Below are positions 47,863 to 58,952 of a DNA stretch of 64,000 nucleotides, in pieces. The notes beneath the pieces are model-generated. The model searched no databases. It was given only the letters and a program-made list of their open reading frames with translations, and had not been told where the DNA came from. Made by a program: the position numbers and the translations under genes. Every line of letters begins with the position of its first letter. Position 1 is the first letter of the stretch. This stretch comes from Acidobacteriota bacterium. Lineage in GTDB: Bacteria; Acidobacteriota; UBA6911. Location of the stretch: assembly GCA_963664705.1 (NCBI GenBank), contig OY761556.1:6752001-6816000 (forward strand). The letters are read 5' to 3'.

Positions 47863-50637
47863 CTACTCCTGCACCTGCCGGATTTCGTATCCGAGCTTTT
47901 TTATCTCCGGCTCAATCTTCGCTTTGTCCCCGACAACAATAATGACCATGGCCTGTGGAGCCAGGTGGGTTTCGGCCGCTCGCTGAACTGCCGTTCCGTC
48001 CACTGACTGGAGCTTGGAGGGCAACGTGCTGTAGTAATCCAGCGGGAATCCATATATAAACAGATCCGCGAGCGATCCGGCACTCTGCTGTGCGGTTTCA
48101 AACATGGAAATCAGAGATCGCTCACGCGTCTCCTTTGCCATGCGGAGCTCTTCAGCGGTTGGAAGGGATGTGCGCATCTTTTCGACTTCACCGAGAGCTT
48201 CCTTGATGGACGCAGCGGTAGCATCCGTGCGGACCATGGAGGTAATCGCAAAAGGACCATACCCGCGCCGGTAGCTGAACCGGGAACGAGCCCCGTAGGT
48301 GAAACCATGCACCTCACGCAAATTGAGATTGATGCGCGAAGAGAACAGTCCGCCCAGAATTTCGTTCATAACCGATACGGGAACATAGTCCGGATTGCTT
48401 CTTTCTATCCCCATCTGTCCGATGCGCAGCGCGCTCTGAGGGGCGCCGGGCCTGTCGATGATGAAGACCTGGCGGGTCAGATTCGATTTGGCTTTGGGCG
48501 ATTCCACCTTTTTCCCGCTTGCCTTCCAATTGCCAAAATATTTTTCAGCCATCGTTCGCAGTTGAGATTCCGTGATGTTTCCCGCAACGACGAGAACTGA
48601 GTTTTGCGGGCCGAATCCGTCATAAAAATTGACCAGATCCTCCCGTTTTATGTCCTTGATGGATGCTTCCGTACCGGTGTCCAGGAATCCATATGGGCTC
48701 TTGCTGCCGTAGACCTCCCGGAGAAACACCTTCGCGGCTACGGTAGAGGGATCGTCCGCTTCCTGCATCAGAGACACAAGGCGGAGCTGCCGGACCCGCT
48801 GGACTTCGCCGTCTCTGAAGGCAGGATGCAGCAGGGCATCGGAAACGAGATCGAACATCTTTTCGGATGTCCACGACAGGCCGGTCGCGTTGATATAGAC
48901 GCTGTCCGGTGAAGAGTCCGAACTCACGCTGGCGCCGATCTGCGCGATGTCGTCCGCCATCTGCAAGGCACCGCGCTTCTCCGTGCCTTCGGTCAGCATG
49001 GAAGCGGCAAAGGACGCAAGGCCTGGTTTGTCGGCAGGATTGGCTTCACTGCCGCGCAGGACCGCCAGCCGGGCGGTCAGAACCGGAAGATTGCTTTGCT
49101 GCAAAAGCATGACCGTCAGACCATTTGCCAGTTTGAATTCTGTGGGAACCGGCAGTTTGGGTTGTTTCTCCACAGCGGGCTTGGGCGGGTTTGCGCGCCA
49201 CTCGTCATTGCCGGGTCCGCCGGGCATTGCCTGGGATGTGGCCGTCCCTCTGCTGCGTTTCGGGACATCCTGGATGACTTTTTCCCCAGGGACTCCATAG
49301 ATTACCACGCGGGAATTGGGGGTCAGCGTCTCGGCAAATTTCTGCACTCCAACAGGAGTAACATCGTCATACCGTTTGAGGTCCTTGGGGAGATATCCCG
49401 GATCTCCAAGATAATGGTTGTATTGATTCAACAGATCCGCCACGCCGCCGAATCCGCCCAATCTCTGGAGGCCGAGAATCATCCGCGCCTGGATGGTATT
49501 GCGGGCGCGCTCCATTTCAGCGGAGCTGGGGGGTGCTTTCTGGGCGGCAGCCAGTTCTTCGTTGATCGCCTTTTCGAGGTCTTCAAGCTTTACGCCCGGC
49601 TTGGCCGTGACAACGATGGAGAACATGGACCCAAGCATTTGCGATTGCTGGTTGACAGAAACGTCCTGCGCAATCTGCTTCTCATAAACCAGTTTCTTAT
49701 ACAGCCGGCTGGACTCTCCTCCTCCGAGTATCCGGGCGAGAATATCCGCGTCCGCATCCCCCGCCGTATAGAACTTTGGGGAGTGCCAGGCCATCATCAG
49801 CCTCGGCAAAGTGATCTTGTCGGTTGTTGTAACGCGTATTTCCTTGGTGATCGTCGGAACCGCGATGCTGACTTTTTCAGGAGCCGGTCCAGCAGGGATC
49901 GGCCCGAAGTACTTTTCCACAAGCCCCTTGATCGTTTTCGGATCGTAATCACCAACAATGGCGATAGTGGCGTTATTCGGCGCATAGTACATTTTGAAAA
50001 AGTCGCGCACATCGTTGAGTTCGGCTGCCTCAATATCCGCGTGCGACCCGATCACGGCTCCATAATAAGGATGCGGCTTCGGGAACATCTGATGCCATAG
50101 CTCTTCCTCGACGAGGCTGTACGGCTCGCTCTCCCCCTGTCGCCTTTCATTTCGTACTACATCGCGCTGATTCTCCAGCTTCTTTTCATCCAATTTGTCC
50201 AGCAGCCACCCCATGCGGTCGGACTCGAGCCACAAGGCCAGTTCCAGTTGATTGGACGGCATGGTTTCAAAATAGTTGGTGCGATCAAAATCGGTTGAAC
50301 CGTTGATCAGCGTTGCCCCAGCGGATTCCAGTACCTGGAAGGGCCTGTCCCCCGCATGCTTGGATCCTTGAAACATCATGTGCTCAAACAAATGAGCGAA
50401 TCCCGTGCGTCCGGGCTTTTCGTAAGCGGGACCCACGTGATACCAAAGGTCGACAGCCACCAGAGGTAAACGATGATCTTCACTCAGGATCACTTCGAGT
50501 CCGTTGCCAAGTTTGAATTTTTCATATTTTATGGCTGGGAACTGCTGCCTTGTCTGGGCAAATCCCGGCACAAGGAATGCAAATATCATCAATAATGTCA
50601 GGACGAAAATTCCACGTATACGCAAGTCTGATCTCAT
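47863..50637 (-). CDS. M16 family zinc protease (pitrilysin-like, two halves)
   Basis: GFAHLFEHMMF (HxxEH), NGST.FDRTNY, LNLREVHGFTYG. Signal peptide. Confidence 0.95.
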   Translation of the reverse strand: MRSDLRIRGIFVLTLLMIFAFLVPGFAQTRQQFPAIKYEKFKLGNGLEVILSEDHRLPLVAVDLWYHVGPAYEKPGRTGFAHLFEHMMFQGSKHAGDRPFQVLESAGATLINGSTDFDRTNYFETMPSNQLELALWLESDRMGWLLDKLDEKKLENQRDVVRNERRQGESEPYSLVEEELWHQMFPKPHPYYGAVIGSHADIEAAELNDVRDFFKMYYAPNNATIAIVGDYDPKTIKGLVEKYFGPIPAGPAPEKVSIAVPTITKEIRVTTTDKITLPRLMMAWHSPKFYTAGDADADILARILGGGESSRLYKKLVYEKQIAQDVSVNQQSQMLGSMFSIVVTAKPGVKLEDLEKAINEELAAAQKAPPSSAEMERARNTIQARMILGLQRLGGFGGVADLLNQYNHYLGDPGYLPKDLKRYDDVTPVGVQKFAETLTPNSRVVIYGVPGEKVIQDVPKRSRGTATSQAMPGGPGNDEWRANPPKPAVEKQPKLPVPTEFKLANGLTVMLLQQSNLPVLTARLAVLRGSEANPADKPGLASFAASMLTEGTEKRGALQMADDIAQIGASVSSDSSPDSVYINATGLSWTSEKMFDLVSDALLHPAFRDGEVQRVRQLRLVSLMQEADDPSTVAAKVFLREVYGSKSPYGFLDTGTEASIKDIKREDLVNFYDGFGPQNSVLVVAGNITESQLRTMAEKYFGNWKASGKKVESPKAKSNLTRQVFIIDRPGAPQSALRIGQMGIERSNPDYVPVSVMNEILGGLFSSRINLNLREVHGFTYGARSRFSYRRGYGPFAITSMVRTDATAASIKEALGEVEKMRTSLPTAEELRMAKETRERSLISMFETAQQSAGSLADLFIYGFPLDYYSTLPSKLQSVDGTAVQRAAETHLAPQAMVIIVVGDKAKIEPEIKKLGYEIRQVQE

Positions 50638-50725
50638 ACTATAGTCTCCTCAGCTGTAGTAAGTTTGCTATCAAAGCGACAAAAAAGCTATGGCGGATTG
50701 GACTTTGAATACAAGGGAGGGTGCG

Positions 50726-51046
50726 ATGAGGAAAACGGTTGTGACATGTGTTGTGATCTGCCTGCTGGCGGGCTTATCCGTGAGCGCCTGGGCGGATGGT
50801 GCCAAGAATCTATCTACAAAAAACACGACTCCGGCGGCGGTTGCCAAACCTGCAGAGTTGATGGATATCAATTCCGCTTCAAAAGATGACCTGCAGAAGC
50901 TGCCGGGCATCGGGGCTGCTTATTCGCAAAAGATCATCACCGGACGGCCCTACGCAAGAAAAGATGAGCTGGTATCGAAGCAGATCATCCCGCAGGCGAC
51001 TTACGACAAGATCAAAGAATTGATTATTGCCAAACAGAAGAAGTAG
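50726..51046 (+). CDS. ComEA-like helix-hairpin-helix protein
   Basis: Signal peptide, [21 protein letters not shown]. Confidence 0.88.
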   Translation: MRKTVVTCVVICLLAGLSVSAWADGAKNLSTKNTTPAAVAKPAELMDINSASKDDLQKLPGIGAAYSQKIITGRPYARKDELVSKQIIPQATYDKIKELIIAKQKK

Positions 51047-51051
51047 AGGCG

Positions 51052-51112
51052 TTGAGTGCCATTCGGAAAATTCGCGGCCAAAAAGTCATGGCGTTTCGCG
51101 AATGGCACTCAA
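51052..51112. terminator. Hairpin between convergent genes
   Basis: TTGAGTGCCATTCG / CGAATGGCACTCAA. Confidence 0.6.
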
Positions 51113-51121
51113 TGGGATCCT

Positions 51122-52090
51122 CTATCGTGACAGGCTGGCAAGCAGAGGCGCCGGGTTGTTTTGAAGGAATGTCCGGTAGCTCTCATCGGCTGCCTTCTGT
51201 TTGCCGCAGCTTCTCAGCGCAATCGAGAGATAAAGATCCCGGTTTGGGAAACGGTTTGGGGGTGTTTTCTTCAGATGCTGCAGCGCATCCTTGCTTTCCC
51301 CTTTCCGCAGTTCCATGGTGCCGAGGATGTAGTTGCCCAGGTTTGATTCATAGCCGTGCGCATAGGCTTTAGTCAGAATTGTGTAGCTTTCCTCATAATG
51401 CAGCTGCATCCACTTTGCCAACCCCAGGTTCCCAAGTATTTCGAATTTGTAGGGAGCTTCGTCCGATGCCTTCTGGAACCAGGAGACGGCTTCGTCCACA
51501 TCCTTTTTGTGGAGGGCGATAATCCCAAGGTTGTTCGCAACCGACGGATCCGATGGTGTGATTTGCATTGCTTCTACCAGGAGTTTTTCAGCGCTTTCGT
51601 AGTCTCTTCCCGCCAGGGCTCGGTTTGCCTGCTGTTGTAATTGCGCCGATTGCTTCTGCACGTCAAACGCCAGTTCCGAGGCATTTACCGTTACCCCCGG
51701 AGTCCGGTTGGCAAGGTTGCCGCTTTTATCCATCCGGATTTCCAGCCGAGAGTTTATATCCGGCAACAGATTCACCCTCCTCGTCTTGTATCCGGTGGCC
51801 CGCACCGTGATAACGGGCAGAATATTGCGTCCAAGGTCGTGGCACGGGATCGCCGCTGATCCCAGCGAATCTGTAGTAAGCTCAAGATCCTGGTTCTCGG
51901 TAGTGATACCGGCTCCCATAATGGCTATGCCCGCGATATCCGTAACTGTTAGCCTGACGTCCCGGCAAGGATTTCCAGGTACGCTGCTGAATTGCGAACG
52001 GTCCGGTGGAGAGTCCCATTGCGCAACCAATGGAGTCCCGGCGAATATCAGCCACACCAGTCCCAAAGTGAATTTCCCGTATCGTGACAC
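51122..52090 (-). CDS. Exported TPR-repeat protein with an N-terminal beta-sandwich
   Basis: RBS GGAGG before GTG 52090. TPR motifs ANNLGII, LGNLGLA, YILGTM. Confidence 0.8.
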   Translation of the reverse strand: MSRYGKFTLGLVWLIFAGTPLVAQWDSPPDRSQFSSVPGNPCRDVRLTVTDIAGIAIMGAGITTENQDLELTTDSLGSAAIPCHDLGRNILPVITVRATGYKTRRVNLLPDINSRLEIRMDKSGNLANRTPGVTVNASELAFDVQKQSAQLQQQANRALAGRDYESAEKLLVEAMQITPSDPSVANNLGIIALHKKDVDEAVSWFQKASDEAPYKFEILGNLGLAKWMQLHYEESYTILTKAYAHGYESNLGNYILGTMELRKGESKDALQHLKKTPPNRFPNRDLYLSIALRSCGKQKAADESYRTFLQNNPAPLLASLSR

Positions 52091-52518
52091 TGACAGCCTC
52101 CTTCCTACATTAGGCCGAATTGTGCAGGGGAGGGGAATGCTTGCCTGAATGAGTCCCAAACTTCAAATGGGGCCAGTCGCCAAAGTGAGTTATTACCGGC
52201 TCAGGGATGCCGGCGGCGATTTGACTAGAAGGTGTGCAATTTGCGGACCATCATGGAGTGAAGTATCATAACTCTTGTATGTATATGAAAATAATTGATA
52301 ACTGGCTACGGCAATTCCATGGTCGTTGCAGAGAATCGGCCGACAGACTCGGGAATCGGGAATTATTTCCTCGATCCCGAGAGCTTCAGGATTTCAGATT
52401 TCAAATATCCGACTCCAGTTTGGCCGAGGTCGCAGCAGTGGCCTGGTGCATGGGCAGAGAGACTTTTGGGGTGTAAGATTATTTTCTTGAATGAGCCCAA
52501 GGCTCACAGGGAGGTGCA

Positions 52519-53484
52519 ATGTCCTATCTCAAAGATCCACTCACATGGTTATACCCGCCGATCGATTGCCGCCGGGCGGGACGTCTCAAGGTCAGCGGCA
52601 TTCACGAGATCTATTATGAGGAGAGCGGGAACCCGAAAGGAAAGCCGGCTGTATTCCTGCATGGTGGCCCCGGTGGCGGGTCGGATCCCAAGCAGCGGCG
52701 ATTTTTCAACCCCGACAAATACCGGATCATTCTCTTTGACCAGCGTGGCTGTGGGCAGAGCACTCCCTATGCCAGCCTGGATGAAAACACCACCTGGGAT
52801 CTCGTGGCCGATACTGAAAAGCTGCGGGTGCATCTTGGCATTGAAAAATGGCAGGTTTTTGGCGGGAGTTGGGGCTCCACGCTGGCGCTGGCCTATGCCG
52901 AGAAGCACCCCGAGCGAGTCACGGAACTCGTGCTGCGCGGTATTTTCCTTCTTCGAAAGCAGGAGATAGACTGGTTCTATCAGCGCGGAGCTTCGATCCT
53001 GTATCCGGACGCCTGGGAGTCCTATGTCGGTCACATTCCCGAAGAGGAGAGATCCGATCTTCTGGCAGCCTACCATCGGCGCCTAACCAGTCCGGATGCC
53101 GAGGTGCGTCTCGCAGCGGCCAGAATCTGGAGCGGCTGGGAAGGGAGAACCTCCAAGCTCATTCCTGAAGAGGATTTTGTCGGCCATTTCGAGGCAGACG
53201 AGTTTGCACTCGCTTTTGCCCGGATAGAGGCTCATTATTTCGCGAACCGCGGATTTTTTGATACGGATGACCAGCTTCTTCGGGACGCTTCGCGCATCCG
53301 GCATATCCCCGGGGTTATCGTGCAGGGACGCTATGATGTCGTCTGTCCGATGGAAAGCGCGTGGGCGCTGCACCGCGCCTGGCCTGAAGCGGATATGATT
53401 ATTACGCCGGACAGCGGGCATAGCGCCTTTGAACCGCCGAACAGCCGTGCCCTCGTGGCAGCGACGGATAAGTTCGCGGGATAG
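52519..53484 (+). CDS. pip: Proline iminopeptidase
   Basis: LHGGPGGG, FDQRGCG, FGGSWGSTL, QGRYD, SGHSA. Confidence 0.95.
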   Translation: MSYLKDPLTWLYPPIDCRRAGRLKVSGIHEIYYEESGNPKGKPAVFLHGGPGGGSDPKQRRFFNPDKYRIILFDQRGCGQSTPYASLDENTTWDLVADTEKLRVHLGIEKWQVFGGSWGSTLALAYAEKHPERVTELVLRGIFLLRKQEIDWFYQRGASILYPDAWESYVGHIPEEERSDLLAAYHRRLTSPDAEVRLAAARIWSGWEGRTSKLIPEEDFVGHFEADEFALAFARIEAHYFANRGFFDTDDQLLRDASRIRHIPGVIVQGRYDVVCPMESAWALHRAWPEADMIITPDSGHSAFEPPNSRALVAATDKFAG

Positions 53485-53544
53485 TCCTGCCGGCGTGCGG
53501 CAAAGGACCAATACAGATCAGTCATCTGCTTGAGCGGAGATTTC

Positions 53545-54171
53545 ATGGGGGATAGACCGCATCGGATACTGGAGTGGGCTCGCGAAGTTCAGGCTTTGGC
53601 GCAAACGGGAAACCACTATGCCATGGATGATTTTCAGCGCGATCGATGCCGCAGGCTGATGGAAATCGCGGCAGAGATGATCAGCGGGCAATCGGACATT
53701 GACTATCTGCCGCTCGCTGGCGCATTCAAAGCGCAGATCGGATATGCGACGCCCAAAATAGACGTTCGGGCTGCAGTTTTTCGCGGAGCCGATCTTCTGC
53801 TGGTCCGTGAAAGGCTTGATGGTGGCTGGACGATGCCGGGCGGCTGGGCGGATGTAGGGGACACTCCGTCAAAAGCCGCAGAGCGGGAGGTTTGGGAAGA
53901 GGCCGGATTCCATGTCCGGGCGCGCAAGGTCATCGGTGTCTATGATGCCAACCGGGTGAACCCACTGGAAGTCTTCCACGCCTTCAAGATTGTCTTTTTA
54001 TGCGACCTCATCGATGGGGAACCGACAACCAGCGCGGAAACTTCGGAGGTGGAGTTCTTTGCGGAGCATGCCATCCCCCGCAATTTCTCAGGGGAGCGTA
54101 CAACGGCGCGCCACATCCGCGATGTATTTGCCGCTTTGCGAAACCCTGAGGGTCCCACCGTTTTCGACTAG
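53545..54171 (+). CDS. NUDIX hydrolase (YjhB-like)
   Basis: GYATPKIDVR, PGGWADVG....AEREVWEEAG Nudix box. Confidence 0.92.
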   Translation: MGDRPHRILEWAREVQALAQTGNHYAMDDFQRDRCRRLMEIAAEMISGQSDIDYLPLAGAFKAQIGYATPKIDVRAAVFRGADLLLVRERLDGGWTMPGGWADVGDTPSKAAEREVWEEAGFHVRARKVIGVYDANRVNPLEVFHAFKIVFLCDLIDGEPTTSAETSEVEFFAEHAIPRNFSGERTTARHIRDVFAALRNPEGPTVFD

Positions 54172-54261
54172 GAAATTTCGGGGGTGACGCGGTTCTTCGC
54201 ACGCCGCTGGAGCGAATGCCCGGCGGCGCTCCCTGCATTTCTATTTTCAGGAATAGTTCAA

Positions 54262-54999
54262 ATGTCCGAATTCTCAATTATTCGAAGCGAATTGCAGGCA
54301 GTAGCGGATCTGGAAAAGGCGAAGATACTCGCCCGTTTTTTTAAGACGGGGCCGGGAGATTATGGGGAAGGAGACCGGTTCCTCGGCATTGTGGTTCCGA
54401 AGACGAGAAAGGTTGCCAAAGCTCATGTCAACGCGGCCGCGAAGGATATCCTCCGGCTGCTTCGGTCTCCCTATCATGAGGAGCGGCTGACCGCTCTTTT
54501 GATTCTGGTCGAGCAGTATCGGCGTGGGGATCCGGCTCGAAAGAAATCGATTTATGACCTGTATCTTGCCAATACCGCATCCATCAACAATTGGGACCTT
54601 GTCGATCTTACGGCACCGAATATCGTTGGATGTCAATTGCACGGGAAAGCGTGCGGGGAACTGACGCGCCTGGCGCTTTCGAGCGATCTCTGGGAGCGGC
54701 GTATTGCCATGCTGGCAACCTATTATTTCATCCGCCTCGGCGAGAGTGGAGAGGCTTTGCGGATAGCGAAAATGCTGCTGTCCGATAAGGAGGACCTGAT
54801 TCACAAGGCTGTGGGATGGATGCTGCGCGAGGTTGGCAAGAGATGCTCCAGGGAAACGGAAAGCGTTTTCCTGGACAAGCATGCGGCTACGATGCCGCGC
54901 ACGATGCTTCGCTATGCGATTGAGCACTTCCCGGAACCGCTGCGGAAGAAATACATGTCGATGCGGACAACCCGGAGCGCCGCCGGGCGCTTAATGTAG
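54262..54999 (+). CDS. DNA alkylation repair protein (AlkD-like)
   Basis: FFKTGPG.YGEGD.FLG, NNWDLVD, HKAVGWMLRE, MPRTMLRYAIE. Confidence 0.92.
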   Translation: MSEFSIIRSELQAVADLEKAKILARFFKTGPGDYGEGDRFLGIVVPKTRKVAKAHVNAAAKDILRLLRSPYHEERLTALLILVEQYRRGDPARKKSIYDLYLANTASINNWDLVDLTAPNIVGCQLHGKACGELTRLALSSDLWERRIAMLATYYFIRLGESGEALRIAKMLLSDKEDLIHKAVGWMLREVGKRCSRETESVFLDKHAATMPRTMLRYAIEHFPEPLRKKYMSMRTTRSAAGRLM

Positions 55000-55014
55000 C
55001 AACGAAGCTTTTGG

Positions 55015-55535
55015 CACTGGGACCGCCGCCGTCTCGCCTAATACCATTTATTTTATTTCGGACGTTTTTCTTTCGCCCCTTCGGGGCTGGTTTATGGGCT
55101 AATCCAATCCAGGGGTTCGCTGCGCTCACCCCTGGCTACTTGCTTTCGGCCCTCCGGGCCTGTTGCCTCTCTCGCGTCGCAGAACTCAGAACAATTACTC
55201 TGTGGCATCAGTGCCATGCACGCAGCAGTGAGCCCCGGCCTAATATCAATAGCCGTGAAAGGAGTTTTTTGGGAATTGCGCGCTGGGAGCACCGCCGTCC
55301 CGGCTGATGCTGCATACTATTTCGCAATCAAATCAGCCCCGGCAGGGGCGATCAGAAAGTATCCAGGGGTGAAGTGCAGCGAACCCCTGGTAAAGATAAG
55401 CGCGAGAAAGAGCCCTGTAAGGGGCGAAACACCGGATTTTTTAGGCCTGCCTGGACTGACGCGCATGCAGCCTTGCTTGTTTACCTCGAAACGCGGAAAC
55501 CTGCAAATACGATGCGGTATTGGGCGCTCCGGCAG
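55015..55535. repeat. Composite REP/BIME-like element with two inverted modules
   Basis: CCAGGGGTTCGCTGCGCTCACCCCTGG (about 55109), inverted CCAGGGGTGAAGTGCAGCGAACCCCTGG (about 55363), GGGAGCACCGCCGTCCCGGC. Lies between convergent genes. Confidence 0.8.
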
Positions 55536-55979
55536 CTAAGAAAAGATTTCCTTTAACTTCTGCCGGCGGAATTCGAATATCCTCTCAACGTTGCGGGCAA
55601 CCATCAATCTCTGGATAAGCCAGCCGCCCGGCACCATATAGTCCACGTGATCCTTCACCATCGTGCCGCCGTCTATTTCCGCAAAAGTATGCTCGTGCTT
55701 CCATAGCCGGTAGGGGCCGCGGATCTGTTCATCCACAAACCGGAGCGGGGGCTCCCACGCGGAGATCTCACTGCGCCACAAAAAAGGGAAGCCGTGCAGG
55801 CGCAGGCGGTAGTCGATGAGCGCGCCCCTGCGCATTTCAAAGGGAGGCCTGGTTTGTATTTCAAAGTTCAGCCAGGGTGGGGTAATGGCTTCGAGATTCG
55901 AGGGATCGGAAAAAAAGAGAAATACTTCCTTCAGGGGATGATTCAGCTGCAATGCGGAATCCAGTGTGAAGATTTTCAT
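55536..55979 (-). CDS. SRPBCC family protein
   Basis: VFLFFSDPSNL..ITPP, FVDEQIRGPY..W.HEH.F, IFEFR. Confidence 0.9.
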   Translation of the reverse strand: MKIFTLDSALQLNHPLKEVFLFFSDPSNLEAITPPWLNFEIQTRPPFEMRRGALIDYRLRLHGFPFLWRSEISAWEPPLRFVDEQIRGPYRLWKHEHTFAEIDGGTMVKDHVDYMVPGGWLIQRLMVARNVERIFEFRRQKLKEIFS

Positions 55980-56047
55980 GGCCGGCTTATGAGTGTTCAC
56001 AGGGAGCCCCGTTGTTGCATCGGCGCTCCCTGCATTTTCAGAACGCG

Positions 56048-57922
56048 CTAATTGGCCGCCAGAGGATTGGCCGGGAGATTCCAGCCGGGCTTCACGCCCG
56101 CGGCGGCATTCTGTTCGTCGAGATACTTCTTGAGCGGCGCAAAGTATTCGAGCAGCGCCTGAGCGTCGATTTTGTCCTCTCCGGTCAGGGCTTTGAGTGC
56201 CTCCGGCCACGGACGGCTCAGACCCATTTGGAGCATGGCATCCAATTTGGCTCCGGCCTGCTTGTTGTCGTAAAACGAGCAGCGATGCAATGGTCCTTTG
56301 TAGCCGGCTTCATTGCACATGGCCCGATAGAATTGAAACTGAAGGATGTGCGCCAGGAAGTAGCGCGTGTATGGAACATTTGCCGGGACATGGTATTTGG
56401 CTCCCGGATCGAAATCCTTCTCGGATCGGGCGACCGACGGGGCGACGCCCTGATACTTCTCTCTCAATTGCCACCAGCCCTTGTTGTAATCGGCCGGCTT
56501 CAGCGAGCCGTCCATAACCTTCCATCTCCACTGATCGATCATAAGTCCGAACGGCAGGAATGCGATTTTGTCCAGCGCCCGGCGCAGGAGGAGGGCTGTG
56601 TCATCGGAATTTGGAACCGTTGCCAGCAGTCCCACTTTCTGCAGGTAGGCGGGTGTGATCGAGAGCGCAATCGTATCTCCAATCGCCTCATGGAACCCAT
56701 CGTTGGCTCCACCCTGGAAGAGGAAGGGCTGATTTTCGTAAGCCCGCTGATACATGTTGTGTCCGAGTTCGTGATGAACCGTAACAAAATCCTCGTCCCG
56801 GATCTGGATGCACATCTTCAGCCGCAGGTCGTCCTTGTTGTCGATATCCCAAGCGCTGGCGTGGCATACGACTTCGCGGTCGCGCGGTTTCGTAAACAGG
56901 GAGCGTTCCCAGAATGTTTGTGGGAGCGGTGCAAAGCCGAGAGATTTGAAGAAACTCTCTCCATAGCGGACCATGGCCAGCTCATCAATCTTTTTTTCCT
57001 TTAAGATGCCTGTCAGGTCGTAGCCTGCATTGGCACCTTCAACCGCAACGAGCGGATAAATGTTGCTCCACTCCTGAGCCCAGGGATTCCCGAGCAGGTC
57101 CGAGCGGATCAGCCCCTCTTTGGTCACGGCATCATTGCCGTATTGTTTCGAAATGCGCGTACGAACATAGGCGTGCAGCGATTCATACAGCGGGCGAACC
57201 TGGTTCCATAGCCGCTCCACGTCGGCGGAAAACTGTTCCGGCGTCATGTCGTAATTTGATCTCCACATGGCGCCCATATCTTTAAACCCCAGTTCCTGCG
57301 CTCCCTTGTTCTGCAATTGAATAAACCGGGTATATTTTTCGCGAAGGGGTGCCCCAACCGCATTCCATGCGGTCCAGATTTCCTTCATTTCCTGCGGATC
57401 CCGGCTGGAAGCCAGAATCTGTTCGACTTCACCGATCGGGAGGCACTTGCCGGCGAATTTGCCCGACGGCGGGCAGGCCTTACCCTTGCCATACTCCGCT
57501 TCAAGGTTTGTGCCCAGCTTGGCCATTTCTTCCCGGTCCTTGGGATTGCTTAGAGAGAAAAGAGAAAGCTTCAGGAGCTTGAATTTGCGCTCCAGTACTG
57601 GAGGCAGCTTCATTCCGTCAAAGCGCTTTACCTCTCTGGCCAGCCTGGTTTGCGCTTCGATGTAATCCTGGTTTGCCTGTGAAGCGATCGCCTCGGTATC
57701 ATCGGTGATAAAGTTGGCCTGCACCCAGGCTGCGCGCGATGCTTTCACTGCCAGGTCGTCCAGCATTTTTTCCGTGTCTGCAATGAATTTTTCCGCTTCG
57801 GCCACTGTCGGGGCTGCTTTTGGCGTGGCTTTCTGGAAAGCGCCGCGCGACAGCTGTGCCGTGGAAAGGATGGCCATTGCCGAAAGGATCAGTATGAAAT
57901 TCAGATGTTTACGTTTTTGCAT
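56048..57922 (-). CDS. M2 family metallopeptidase (ACE-like peptidyl-dipeptidase)
   Basis: CHASAWD, HHELGH, GANDGFHEAIGD, DPGAKYHVP, YTRYF. Confidence 0.95.
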   Translation of the reverse strand: MQKRKHLNFILILSAMAILSTAQLSRGAFQKATPKAAPTVAEAEKFIADTEKMLDDLAVKASRAAWVQANFITDDTEAIASQANQDYIEAQTRLAREVKRFDGMKLPPVLERKFKLLKLSLFSLSNPKDREEMAKLGTNLEAEYGKGKACPPSGKFAGKCLPIGEVEQILASSRDPQEMKEIWTAWNAVGAPLREKYTRFIQLQNKGAQELGFKDMGAMWRSNYDMTPEQFSADVERLWNQVRPLYESLHAYVRTRISKQYGNDAVTKEGLIRSDLLGNPWAQEWSNIYPLVAVEGANAGYDLTGILKEKKIDELAMVRYGESFFKSLGFAPLPQTFWERSLFTKPRDREVVCHASAWDIDNKDDLRLKMCIQIRDEDFVTVHHELGHNMYQRAYENQPFLFQGGANDGFHEAIGDTIALSITPAYLQKVGLLATVPNSDDTALLLRRALDKIAFLPFGLMIDQWRWKVMDGSLKPADYNKGWWQLREKYQGVAPSVARSEKDFDPGAKYHVPANVPYTRYFLAHILQFQFYRAMCNEAGYKGPLHRCSFYDNKQAGAKLDAMLQMGLSRPWPEALKALTGEDKIDAQALLEYFAPLKKYLDEQNAAAGVKPGWNLPANPLAAN

Positions 57923-58133
57923 ATTCGTGCCTCCGGTCTCACCGGAATATATTAGACCTGGACCGGGCGGTCGCCAATGGGATTCAAACGGTGTTTGCCG
58001 CGCCGGAAGGTTCCTTGGCCGTGTCCTGCCGGTCCGTAGATGGTGGAAAGTTCGTGCTTTTTCCGGAATAGATGCTTAAATAATGCAGCCGCCGGATGAA
58101 GCGAAATATTATGGATCGGCGCGGTGTAAAGGC

Positions 58134-58859
58134 ATGAAATCCAAAACTTCAATGACCCTGGATCGAGTACTGTCCCGCTACGGGCTGTCTTCCCGTACCG
58201 AGGCACGCCAGGCAATTCTGGGAGGCCGCGTCAAGATAAACGGGCGCGTAGTGCGTGACCCGGATAAATGGACGGACCCCAAAATCGATGCCATCCACCT
58301 GGATGGCAAACGGGTGCGGCAGGCTCACAAGACATATATTCTCTTCTACAAGCCCAAAGGTGTGATTACCAGCCACGGCGATCCCAGCGGAAGAAAAACG
58401 GTATATGACTGCCTCGGCCCGGAAGTGCCCTGGGTTGTTCCTGTCGGGCGGTTGGATAAGGATACCTCGGGGTTGCTCCTACTGACCAACGACACTGATT
58501 TTGCCAATCACGTTACGGACCCTGCCTCCCAGGTTCGCAAGACCTACATCGTCAAGGCGAATATGATCGTCAGCGATGAGATCATTGACAAACTCGCGCA
58601 AGGGCTGACTCTGAAGCGTGGCGACCGGGCCGAACCGGAGAGCGTGCGTCGTATTGAAGATCGCGGAAAATACAGCTGGCTCGAAATTATCCTGACCGAA
58701 GGCAAGAATCGCGAAGTCCGCAGGCTTCTGGAGGCGGTGGAACTCAAAGCGCTCAAGCTCGTCCGGACCCGGATCGGTCCCTGCACGATGGAAGGTCTCC
58801 AGGTGGGGAAGTGGCGCAATCTTCTACGATCCGAAATTCCGCTTTTTTACAAATCTTAG
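58134..58859 (+). CDS. RsuA/RluB-family pseudouridine synthase
   Basis: S4 domain, YKPKG, VGRLDKDTSGLLLLTND, EGKNREVRR. Confidence 0.95.
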   Translation: MKSKTSMTLDRVLSRYGLSSRTEARQAILGGRVKINGRVVRDPDKWTDPKIDAIHLDGKRVRQAHKTYILFYKPKGVITSHGDPSGRKTVYDCLGPEVPWVVPVGRLDKDTSGLLLLTNDTDFANHVTDPASQVRKTYIVKANMIVSDEIIDKLAQGLTLKRGDRAEPESVRRIEDRGKYSWLEIILTEGKNREVRRLLEAVELKALKLVRTRIGPCTMEGLQVGKWRNLLRSEIPLFYKS

Positions 58860-58952
58860 CTGCACCGGTTTTGGCGTCTTCGCGCGTAATCAGGATTTGT
58901 GGCAAAGGATGTGCGCGCCAGCCTCAAGTCTCACGATGGAATCGAGGGTATC

